The translations under genes and the position numbers were made by a program. From Candidatus Woesebacteria bacterium (GTDB taxonomy: Bacteria > Patescibacteriota > Microgenomatia > UBA8517): a stretch of DNA of 64,000 nt. The notes below the pieces were generated by a model. The model saw only the letters and a list, made by a program, of their open reading frames with translations, had not been told where the DNA came from and did not search any database. Shown here piece by piece: positions 27,386 to 35,491 of the stretch. The DNA is taken from NCBI GenBank assembly GCA_963784785.1, contig CAWASW010000015.1:2149-66148 (forward strand). Reading direction: 5' to 3'. The stretch's first letter is position 1. Each line of letters opens with the position of its first letter.

Positions 27386-29071
27386 GTGTATATAAAGAAA
27401 TTATTACTTACATTACTTTTACTTTTGTTACCATTTAGTTTTCCGTGTGTTGCACTTGGAGAAGACATGTTTGAAGACAATTTTGAAAGTGGCCAAATTT
27501 TAGACAAATGGCCTTACATTTCGGGTACGTGGAGCAAGGAAAATTTTAATAATTCAGTCTGGTCACGTGTTTCATCAGGTGGATATAGTGACAACTTATT
27601 AGAAATTGATAACTCGTCATGGATTGATTATATTTTTAAAATAGACATATTTAAAATTGAAGGCGAGGATATCAATTTATTCTTTAGAACACAGAATTCA
27701 AGATATTTAAATTTGCCTGGTCACAATTTACCTGCAGCCTATGGGTTACACATGCAGCATAACAGAATAGCTCTTCAGAAATTTACTTCAACTACTGGTA
27801 CAGAATTACAGATAGTATCAGAAGGATTCCCATTTCTGAATTCGACGCTAAAACACGTAGAAATTAAGGTATTGAACAACAACATACAAATATTTATTGA
27901 TGGCAATATTAATCCAATTATTGACTACACTGACAACAACGATCCCTTTTTGAATGGAGGTATAGCAATTGGTTCCATAACTGGATCATCGGGTCAGGGC
28001 GTACGTTTTGATAATATTTTAGTATTGAAATTGCCGGAACATATCCAAACACCAGAACCAACTGTGGCACCGACTGAAAGTCCAACAACTATACCAAGTC
28101 CAACATCCATTCCAACACCAGAACCAACTACCTCGCCGACAGGTTCACCAACGGCGAGTCCAACAAGCACGCCCTCTCCTTCACCAACTACTGTTTCACT
28201 AATTGTCCCAAATTTAAAACAATATTCTCTACCATGGAAAAATAAACTTTATGCTTTTACTAAAAACACTATTCAAGAATATGGATGCGCGTTAACATCA
28301 GCTGCAATGGTTTTGCAGTATCACGGACATAATATTACGCCCGACACATTAAATGATTGGTTAAAAAATCAATCTGATGGATACTTAAGAGGTAATTTAA
28401 TTAATTGGTTAGCAGTTAGTAGATACACTAAACAACACGACTCTACAAGTTCCCCAACTCTTGAATACAAAAGATTAGACCCTACAAATGAAAATCTAAG
28501 TAATGAACTAAACAATAATCGTCCTGCAATTTTGAAGGAAAATGGCCACTTTGTAGTAGCGAAAAGCATATTACCAAATACTTTTGGAATTAATGATCCG
28601 GGATATTCAAACAGAAATGATCTAAATCCATATGGAAACAGTTTTCTTGCAATTAATAGTTATACTCCGACGCATTCTAACCTTTCCTATGTGATGTTTG
28701 TAATTGACTCAAATGTTATTCTTGATTTGTTCAATTCAACAGGTACAAAAATTTCAGCAATTAGCTATGTTGAGGAACCAATTAAAAATTTATTAAACCA
28801 AAGACAAACACTTGGGAAACCAGTAAAGATTGTTCTTTTTGAAAAACCATCTAATGGAAAATACTCCATAAAAGTATCTGGCAAAGGAAATTATCAATTA
28901 GATAGTTATTTGTATGATATATCAGGTAAAGTCACACAAAATAAGTTTGAGGGTAAATTAAAGGGTGGAGACACTGACAAACTATTAATTAATTATTCAA
29001 ATGAGACAAAGAAGCTAAATCATAAACATTGGCTTTTTGAACTTTGGAAACATTTTCGAGAAAGAGACTAA
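27386..29071 (+). CDS. Secreted protein: DUF1080/ConA-like domain, Pro/Thr linker, C39-like cysteine peptidase domain
   Basis: Signal peptide; FEDNFE...RFDNILV; PT-rich linker; YGCALTSAAMVL...GHFVV...INDP. Confidence 0.8.
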   Translation: MYIKKLLLTLLLLLLPFSFPCVALGEDMFEDNFESGQILDKWPYISGTWSKENFNNSVWSRVSSGGYSDNLLEIDNSSWIDYIFKIDIFKIEGEDINLFFRTQNSRYLNLPGHNLPAAYGLHMQHNRIALQKFTSTTGTELQIVSEGFPFLNSTLKHVEIKVLNNNIQIFIDGNINPIIDYTDNNDPFLNGGIAIGSITGSSGQGVRFDNILVLKLPEHIQTPEPTVAPTESPTTIPSPTSIPTPEPTTSPTGSPTASPTSTPSPSPTTVSLIVPNLKQYSLPWKNKLYAFTKNTIQEYGCALTSAAMVLQYHGHNITPDTLNDWLKNQSDGYLRGNLINWLAVSRYTKQHDSTSSPTLEYKRLDPTNENLSNELNNNRPAILKENGHFVVAKSILPNTFGINDPGYSNRNDLNPYGNSFLAINSYTPTHSNLSYVMFVIDSNVILDLFNSTGTKISAISYVEEPIKNLLNQRQTLGKPVKIVLFEKPSNGKYSIKVSGKGNYQLDSYLYDISGKVTQNKFEGKLKGGDTDKLLINYSNETKKLNHKHWLFELWKHFRERD

Positions 29072-29506
29072 AACAACTATTTGACACACCCAAAAAAACA
29101 AGACAAAGTAATTAGTTTTAACAATTGGACCAGTATTATATAGATATAAACTTAGTGAATAAAATCCTATGAAATAAAAATATTCTAGATACTTTGGTAA
29201 TTTAAAATACGGTGCAAATAACGCAACAGATATTGAATAAAATGCAATTCTTAAGAAATTAATCATGTATTCACTCTTACTTCCACAGATTGCACAAACA
29301 TCTGTGTACATGTAAAAAGGATCAAAATCACTATTAAAGATATATCTTCCTAGGATTATCAAAATTGGTTGAATAAATATAAAAAGATATACAAAATAAT
29401 TTAATATTTTACTTGAGTTATTAAAATATAATTGCACAGCCAAAAGACCAAGTGCAATAATTGCAGTTGATCTCTGTATTAGATTAGTAGTTTCAATATT
29501 TAACAT
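29015..29506 (-). CDS. Hypothetical multi-TM protein
   Basis: Hydrophobic ORF with a CxxC loop; start uncertain. Confidence 0.6.
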   Translation of the reverse strand: MLNIETTNLIQRSTAIIALGLLAVQLYFNNSSKILNYFVYLFIFIQPILIILGRYIFNSDFDPFYMYTDVCAICGSKSEYMINFLRIAFYSISVALFAPYFKLPKYLEYFYFIGFYSLSLYLYNTGPIVKTNYFVLFFWVCQIVVLVSFSKMFPKFKKPMFMI

Positions 29507-29595
29507 ACGATATCTGTCTCCAAAACCTCGGTTACTGAACTAAACAAAATCTGTGCTGTTTGTGATAACTGATTTTCGGGATTTGGCAATCTAAA

Positions 29596-30100
29596 ATAAA
29601 AAACACATGGCATAAATGCCATGGTTTTACCCCTTCTGTGGCATACTTTCCACTTGATTTTTAATGTATTTTTTAACCTGGATGAAACTTGTTGCACCCA
29701 CTGATTCTGCAAAGTAGCCATCAGACCAGAATGAGTCACCCCAAAGAAATTCTTCTAACTCTGGAAATTCTTTCCTTAAGATTCTTGATGAACCACCTTT
29801 CAGTTGGTTAACAACTTTTGAGATGGACAAGTTTGGTTGGATTTGTATAAGCATATGTACATGATCATGCAATATTGTAATTTCTTCAATCCACCAGTTG
29901 TTAACCTCACATGCTTTGAAGAATAAGTCTTTAAGTCTTGTAGCTACTTTGCCACGTAATATCCTTTTTCTGTATTTTGGTAAAAATACCAAATGAATCA
30001 TAATTCTGTGCTTTGTGTGTGCACCATGCCAGTACTTTAACATTTCCCTCAAGTATGCCACAAACTATACTTGCTCCACCAGCCTAAAGGCTGGGGATTA
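29596..30100 (-). mobile_element. IS200-group element (~505 bp)
   Basis: tnpA bounded by hairpins ccagcc-taaa-ggctgg (30079-30094) and catggcat-aa-atgccatg (29606-29623); exact ends inferred from restoring the gmk frame. Confidence 0.85.
29627..30061 (-). CDS. tnpA: IS200/IS605 HUH (Y1) transposase
   Basis: HLVFLPKYR, DHVHML (HUH), LKGGSS, FWSDGYF, KYIKNQ. Confidence 0.95.
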   Translation of the reverse strand: MAYLREMLKYWHGAHTKHRIMIHLVFLPKYRKRILRGKVATRLKDLFFKACEVNNWWIEEITILHDHVHMLIQIQPNLSISKVVNQLKGGSSRILRKEFPELEEFLWGDSFWSDGYFAESVGATSFIQVKKYIKNQVESMPQKG

Positions 30101-30749
30101 ATGTGCAGAAGATTCAAATATGGTTTTTGATTCAGAAACGATTCTTCTTTCTTGCATATCTCGCTCTATAAACTCGGCGCTGGCGCTATCACCCTCCCTA
30201 CCTGCTCTCCTTTTATCCAAAGTCTCTTGATCGACATCTATATAAACAACCATCGTAGACCTGGATAGTAGATCTGCCGTTTGCTGGTCAAATTGATTGT
30301 GGAAATACTCTCCTCTTGCAATTTTTTCAGCAAGAGTCAAATCAATTCGCCACAACTTATGTTCTCCTTCCAGCACCTTCAGAAGTTCTCTTTTTGAAGT
30401 TCCTTTACGTGAAGTGCCAGTAACAACTGGTTCTTCTGCTAATTCGCCAGCTTGGTGCATTCGAGTAAGTTCATCTTCCGTACAAAAATGATAATGGACA
30501 TGATCAATTTCTTGAGATCCGGTTTTTTGGTCTTTTCTCGGTTTCCTTGTTGCATGAGTTACTACTCTGGTTAAACCATATCTCTTGATATCTAAAGAAT
30601 CTAATTCATCGATTATTGAATCCTTACCTGATCCTGACGGACCAGTTATTATAATAATCTTTCCAGATTTTGAGGCAAACTCATTTGTTTCGTTCATTAT
30701 TCTTAGATTATAGGGGCAAGAATACAAAATTTAAATAGTAATAAGTGGA

Positions 30750-30944
30750 GAGACCGTTACATTTCGGTCTCCTAAAACACACTGATTTTACTATACTTTC
30801 GGCCTAAAAAGGTAGTTTCACTAAGTAAACGCTTCTACAACCAATTTCAGCATTGTCCGAGTAATCGGACGAAAGTGTTATTATTTTAACGAAAAACAAC
30901 AAATCATTTAAGGCTAAACAAGTGACCGTTTATGCAACGGTATC
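30750..30944 (-). mobile_element. 195-bp MITE-like element, copy 2, at the tRNA-Val 3' end
   Basis: Revcomp of 19038-19232; perfect 9-bp TSD ataagtgga at 30741-30749 and 30945-30953. Confidence 0.9.
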
Positions 30945-30949
30945 ATAAG

Positions 30950-31021
30950 TGGATGACGTTGGGATTGAACCAACAGCCTCTTCGATGTGAACGAAGCGCT
31001 CTACCACTGAGCTAGTCATCC
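30950..31021 (-). tRNA. tRNA-Val(CAC)
   Basis: GGATGAC/GTCATCC acceptor, anticodon loop TTCACAT, T loop TTCAATC. Confidence 0.93.
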
Positions 31022-31134
31022 TTGTTGCCAAGCTAGTAATCCTTATTAGAGTAATAATAACACTTTTGATCTTGCAATCACATAATTGACATCAATATAG
31101 CTTGGTATTATATTCAATAATTGTTGTGGCAAAT

Positions 31135-32166
31135 ATGAATATTAACGACATTCCCCTAGCATTATCTTATGACGATGTGTTTTTAGTACCCCAATATTCA
31201 GAAATCAGTAGTAGAAGTGATGCTTCGCTTAAATCGAAAGTAAGCAACAAAATAACTTTAGAAGTTCCTATTATTTCTGCCAACATGAGTGATATTACTG
31301 ACTCAAAAATGGCAATCGCCATAGCAAAATTAGGGGGCCTCGGTGTTATTCCTAGATTTATGTCAATTGAAGAACAATCAGATGAAGTAAGTTTGGTCAA
31401 AAAACAGGGTCTATTAGTTGGGGCTGCAATAGGATCTAGGAAAAATACGCTAGAACAAGCGACATCCTTAGTTAATGCCGGAGCCGATATCTTGTTCCTA
31501 GATGTAGCCCATGGACACATGATCAAGACTTTAGAAGCAACAACTGATTTGAAGCGTCAATTTGGAGATAAAGTAGATATCGTTTCAGGCAATTCTGCAA
31601 CTTATGAGGCCACTAGAGATTTATTTAAAGCGGGTGCGGACACTGTCAAAGTAGGAGTTGGCCCGGGCTCAATTTGCACTACCAGAATAATGACTGGATC
31701 AGGAGTACCTCAGATTACAGCAATAATTGAATCTGCAAGAGCAGCAAGAGAGTATAAAAAATTTATCATTGCAGACGGAGGTGCCAAGACATCAGGTGAC
31801 ATAGTCAAAGGTTTGGCTGCTGGATCATCGGCTATAATGGTTGGAAATATTCTTGCAGGGACAGATGAAGCTCCAGGGGAATTAGTTGATAAAGATGGTA
31901 AAAAATTTAAAGTCTGTAATGGATCAACTTCACCAACTGAAAAAGCAAAGCAATCTTTAGATAACCACGTCGAAGGAGTTGAATCAATTGTTCCATATAA
32001 AGGTAGCTTGGCAAGTTTGATAGAAAAGTATGCAGCCAATATAAGGTCAGGGTTTAGCTACTCGGGATCCCTAGATATTGAAACTCTTTGGAAAAATGCA
32101 AAGTTTGTCAGGATCACTTCTCAAGGTCTTCGTGAAAGTGGGGCCCATGATGTGATAGTATTATAA
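31135..32166 (+). CDS. guaB: IMP dehydrogenase / GMP reductase family, no CBS domains
   Basis: [35 protein letters not shown]; GuaB vs GuaC not resolvable by eye. Confidence 0.8.
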   Translation: MNINDIPLALSYDDVFLVPQYSEISSRSDASLKSKVSNKITLEVPIISANMSDITDSKMAIAIAKLGGLGVIPRFMSIEEQSDEVSLVKKQGLLVGAAIGSRKNTLEQATSLVNAGADILFLDVAHGHMIKTLEATTDLKRQFGDKVDIVSGNSATYEATRDLFKAGADTVKVGVGPGSICTTRIMTGSGVPQITAIIESARAAREYKKFIIADGGAKTSGDIVKGLAAGSSAIMVGNILAGTDEAPGELVDKDGKKFKVCNGSTSPTEKAKQSLDNHVEGVESIVPYKGSLASLIEKYAANIRSGFSYSGSLDIETLWKNAKFVRITSQGLRESGAHDVIVL

Positions 32167-32170
32167 TAAT

Positions 32171-32713
32171 ATGTTTTCGAAACTTGGCGCCTTTTTTATG
32201 GATATATTAGAAGTAATTGTCCTTGCTGTAGGAATTTTTCTAATTGTTTACCTTCTTATTTTGCGTCCTCATAAGATCAAGGGGCAATCAATGCATCCCA
32301 ATTTTCCTGACGCAGAATATTTATTAACAGAAAAAATTACATACTATAGAGAAGATCCAAAAAGAGGAGATGTTATCGTTTTTAAGCCACCTATTTCTGA
32401 AGATGAATTTATAAAAAGAGTAATAGCACTTCCAGGGGAAACTGTCATGGTGCTTAATGGCAAAGTCTTTGTTAATGACGAGGAGTTAAAAGAAGACTAT
32501 ATAAAAGTTGATACAGATCCTAGTACATTTCTATCCGAAGGCACAAAATACACTGTTCCTGCTGGAAATTATTTTGTCATGGGAGACAACAGGCCCCATT
32601 CATCTGATTCTCGTGCATGGGGTCCTATTACAAAGAAAGTTATTACAGGAAAAGCTTGGCTTATCTACTGGCCAACAAAGCTTGCAGGCTTCGTCCCCAC
32701 CCCTATTTATTAA
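32171..32713 (+). CDS. lepB: Signal peptidase I
   Basis: GQSMHP, RGDVIVF, FIKRVIALPGE, MGDNRPHSSDSR. Confidence 0.95.
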   Translation: MFSKLGAFFMDILEVIVLAVGIFLIVYLLILRPHKIKGQSMHPNFPDAEYLLTEKITYYREDPKRGDVIVFKPPISEDEFIKRVIALPGETVMVLNGKVFVNDEELKEDYIKVDTDPSTFLSEGTKYTVPAGNYFVMGDNRPHSSDSRAWGPITKKVITGKAWLIYWPTKLAGFVPTPIY

Positions 32714-32745
32714 ATGAATTAGTGACTCACTGATTTATTGATTTA

Positions 32746-33561
32746 CTAATTAGCTATTGCTTTGTATATCAACTGAAGTGTGTTTTCTGTCTCATCCATG
32801 CTACCTTTTAAGACAAAAGTAAGTCTTGTTTCTCTTCTTGATCTAGCTAATTTTACTTGGTGTTTTTCTCCAAGTGCCCTCGAAAAATCAGATGTCATCT
32901 TATCAATTTCATCAGATACTATATGCATCTTAGGTAAATTCATTTTTGGTTTTAGATTATATTCTGACTTCATTCTTCTTGCCAATTCTTCAGCTCTTCT
33001 TACAGAGCCACTTTCGCGCAAGATAATTTTATAAGCTTCAACCATTAAATCGACGTCATCAATAGCTGCTAAGGCTCTTGCATGACCTTCAGAGATAAGT
33101 CCTGAAAGAAGTCCATCCTTTAATGCATCTGGTAAAGTCAATAATCTCAAGGAGTTTGAAACATAGGCAACTGACTTTCCAATTCTAACTGCAACTTCTG
33201 AAGTGGTAAGACCAAATTCATCCATTAATCTTTCAAAACCTTTGGCACGATCCAAGGAATTTAAGTCAACCCTTTGAACGTTTTCAACGATTGCCATTTC
33301 AAGCATTCCCTTAGGAGTTGTCTCTCTAATGATTACAGGTACATGAGTAAGACCTGCAAGTTTTGATGCTCTCCATCTTCTTTCACCTGCAATTATCTGG
33401 TATCCAGCTGGAGTTTTTGCAATAACTAATGGTTCAAGTATTCCGTGTTCACGAATTGAATCTACTAAGTCGACTAAGCTTTCTGGTGTAATTGCGCCTC
33501 TTGGCTGTAACGGATTAGGTTGAAGTTGGTTTATATCTAATTGAATTATCTCTTCTGCCAT
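32746..33561 (-). CDS. parB: Chromosome partitioning protein ParB
   Basis: NPLQPR, IIAGERRWRA, VENVQRVDL, HTH, SEGHARAL. Confidence 0.95.
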   Translation of the reverse strand: MAEEIIQLDINQLQPNPLQPRGAITPESLVDLVDSIREHGILEPLVIAKTPAGYQIIAGERRWRASKLAGLTHVPVIIRETTPKGMLEMAIVENVQRVDLNSLDRAKGFERLMDEFGLTTSEVAVRIGKSVAYVSNSLRLLTLPDALKDGLLSGLISEGHARALAAIDDVDLMVEAYKIILRESGSVRRAEELARRMKSEYNLKPKMNLPKMHIVSDEIDKMTSDFSRALGEKHQVKLARSRRETRLTFVLKGSMDETENTLQLIYKAIAN

Positions 33562-33562
33562 T

Positions 33563-33814
33563 TTAATTAGTAACTATATTTATTAGTTTTTTGCCTAGTC
33601 TAGTTGTAAATTTAACTACTCCTGAAGCTACTGCATACAGCGTATGGTCTCTTCCAACTTTAACATTTTTACCAGCGCCAATTTTTGTTCCATTTTGACG
33701 AACAAGTATTTGTCCTGAATTTATTTTTTCCATTCCACCAACTTTAGTTCCAAGCCTTTTACCGGCTGGGCTTGTATGTTGTTTTGCTTTTCCTGCTGCT
33801 TTATGTGTTGACAT
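33563..33814 (-). CDS. rpmA: 50S ribosomal protein L27
   Basis: MSTHKAAG, KRLGTK, ILVRQNGT, GRDHTLYA. Confidence 0.96.
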   Translation of the reverse strand: MSTHKAAGKAKQHTSPAGKRLGTKVGGMEKINSGQILVRQNGTKIGAGKNVKVGRDHTLYAVASGVVKFTTRLGKKLINIVTN

Positions 33815-33868
33815 AATTAATTTTGAATATATCTTAAGTTTTCACAGTTGTCAAGAGATCAGAAAGTA

Positions 33869-34180
33869 TTAGATTGATATCTTTTCAATTAGAAGTCTTG
33901 TATATTGTGCCCTGAAACCAACATGTCTTCTTTCTCTGCTCTTTGATTTATAATTAAAGATATCTACTTTAACTCCTTTTTCAAGCTCAGCAAGTACTTT
34001 AACTGTAACTTTAGCTTTTTTAAGAACAGGAGTGCCTACTTCTACTTTGTCACCATCGACAAAAAGTAAAACTTCTGGTTCAATTTTTTCAAGATCGTTA
34101 ATTTTGTCGACCAAAATTTCTTCACCTTCAGTGACTCTATATTGTTTTCCTGTGATTCTGATTACTGCGAATTTGTCCAT
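33869..34180 (-). CDS. rplU: 50S ribosomal protein L21
   Basis: FAVIRITGKQYRVTEG, VGTP, GFRAQYT. Confidence 0.96.
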   Translation of the reverse strand: MDKFAVIRITGKQYRVTEGEEILVDKINDLEKIEPEVLLFVDGDKVEVGTPVLKKAKVTVKVLAELEKGVKVDIFNYKSKSRERRHVGFRAQYTRLLIEKISI

Positions 34181-34228
34181 AAGTTGTATTTTAAAGCCTA
34201 AAGGCCTATATTACAAGAATTAAATAGA

Positions 34229-34456
34229 ATGCCGAACGTAATATGTCCAATTACTAAACGTAAATGCTCCTTACAGTGTGACAAACTTTGTTGGATTGAC
34301 TATGCTTCTCCTGAAGGCATTTTACATGACGACACAGAATCTGACAGCAAACTTACAACGGATGGTAAAATTGCACTTGCAGTCGAAACATATTTAGGTA
34401 TCAAAAGCGGACTCAGAAAATTGATAAATATTAAGTTTCGAGGGAGAGAACGATAA
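34229..34456 (+). CDS. Small hypothetical protein with a 4-Cys N-terminus
   Basis: CPITKRKCSLQCDKLC; fills the intergenic gap. Confidence 0.45.
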   Translation: MPNVICPITKRKCSLQCDKLCWIDYASPEGILHDDTESDSKLTTDGKIALAVETYLGIKSGLRKLINIKFRGRER

Positions 34457-35491
34457 CTATTTTTTTGCACCCATAGCAATACCAAGTGAAGTCATTGTGG
34501 CAAGGAGAGACGATCCTCCTGCAGAAACAAAAGGAAAAGGTACACCTGTAATCGGCAGCATTCCCATATTCATTCCTACATGGACTGCAATTTGAGCAAA
34601 AAGTGTTAAAAACAACCCACCCAAAAACAGTCTTGCAGGAATATTTATTGAATGCTCTGTATAAAGAATTAATCTATATAAAATCAACGCAGTTATCAAT
34701 AATAAAATTATTGCTCCAGTAAAACCCATTTCCTCAGCAATTGAGGCAAAAATAAAATCTGTATGTCTTTCTGGAAGAAATGCAAGTTGGGTACCAACGC
34801 CTTTACCTAAACCCCTACCAAAGATTTTGCCAGAACCCACTGAAATTGTAGATTGGATTGCATTGTATCCTACACCTTGAGGGTCACTAGTTGGACCTAA
34901 AAAGGCTGTAATACGCGTTTTTTGATAAGGAGCTAAAAGCATAAAGACGAGAGGAACAAGGATGATAGTAATAAGTCCTAGAAATAAAAAATATTTCTTG
35001 TCAATTTCGCTAGCTAAAAAAATCCCTAAAAATCCTATTGAAGTTAATGCTGTAACACCCAGAGAAGGTTGAATTAGAATTAGAAACAAAGGTAAAGCCA
35101 TTAATATCAATATCTGTATTAATCTTTTTATGTTTATTCTTTTCTCACAGACAAAATTAGCAAAAAAAACTAACAAGAAAGGTCTAACTATTTCAGACGT
35201 TTGAAGCGAAAATGACCCAATTGGAATCCATCTAACAGTTCCTCTGGTAACTTGTCCAATCACAAGCGTGATCAGCAACAAAACAATACTGATCACGTAA
35301 AAATATTTTGAAAAAACAGATACTAACTCAAAATCAAATAAAGAAAAAAATAAAAAAATTAATATGCTAAGTCCAAAATACCAATAGTAAGATGGAAAAA
35401 GTGAAGGGCTAACTGATTTTAAAATAAAAAAACTAAAAATAAGAAGTAAAAAAATTGGTAAGGCTAGGAGCCAATCAAATTTTCTGAACAT
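34457..35491 (-). CDS. rodA: SEDS glycosyltransferase RodA
   Basis: GTVRWI, LIQPSLG, FLPERHTDFIFA, LPITGVPFPFVSAGGSS; ftsW is separately in the dcw cluster. Confidence 0.9.
   Translation of the reverse strand: MFRKFDWLLALPIFLLLIFSFFILKSVSPSLFPSYYWYFGLSILIFLFFSLFDFELVSVFSKYFYVISIVLLLITLVIGQVTRGTVRWIPIGSFSLQTSEIVRPFLLVFFANFVCEKRINIKRLIQILILMALPLFLILIQPSLGVTALTSIGFLGIFLASEIDKKYFLFLGLITIILVPLVFMLLAPYQKTRITAFLGPTSDPQGVGYNAIQSTISVGSGKIFGRGLGKGVGTQLAFLPERHTDFIFASIAEEMGFTGAIILLLITALILYRLILYTEHSINIPARLFLGGLFLTLFAQIAVHVGMNMGMLPITGVPFPFVSAGGSSLLATMTSLGIAMGAKK

Larger units (their letters stand above)
29500..30697 (-). pseudogene. gmk: Guanylate-kinase-like gene split by IS200 (N-part 30101-30697, C-part 29500-29595)
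   Basis: GPSGSGKDS, VTHATRKPR, HYHF; removing the IS rejoins ...SSAH-FRLPNPENQLSQTAQIL... in frame. Confidence 0.7.

Noticed and set aside
28045-28195. DNA repeat in the secreted peptidase gene
   Set aside because: Explained by a Pro/Thr/Ser linker with codon-multiple periodicity
29500-29739. 79-aa ORF as an independent gene
   Set aside because: Chimera of an IS200 alternative frame and the orphaned gmk C-terminus
19038-30944. Single composite transposon or tRNA-integrated island of 11.9 kb
   Set aside because: Each copy has its own separate TSD, there is no shared outer duplication, and no integrase is present
32714-32748. 8-nt periodic tract tgaattag-tgactcac-tgatttat-tgatttac between lepB and parB
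   Set aside because: Too short and degenerate to separate from chance; may be related to the heptamer phenomenon
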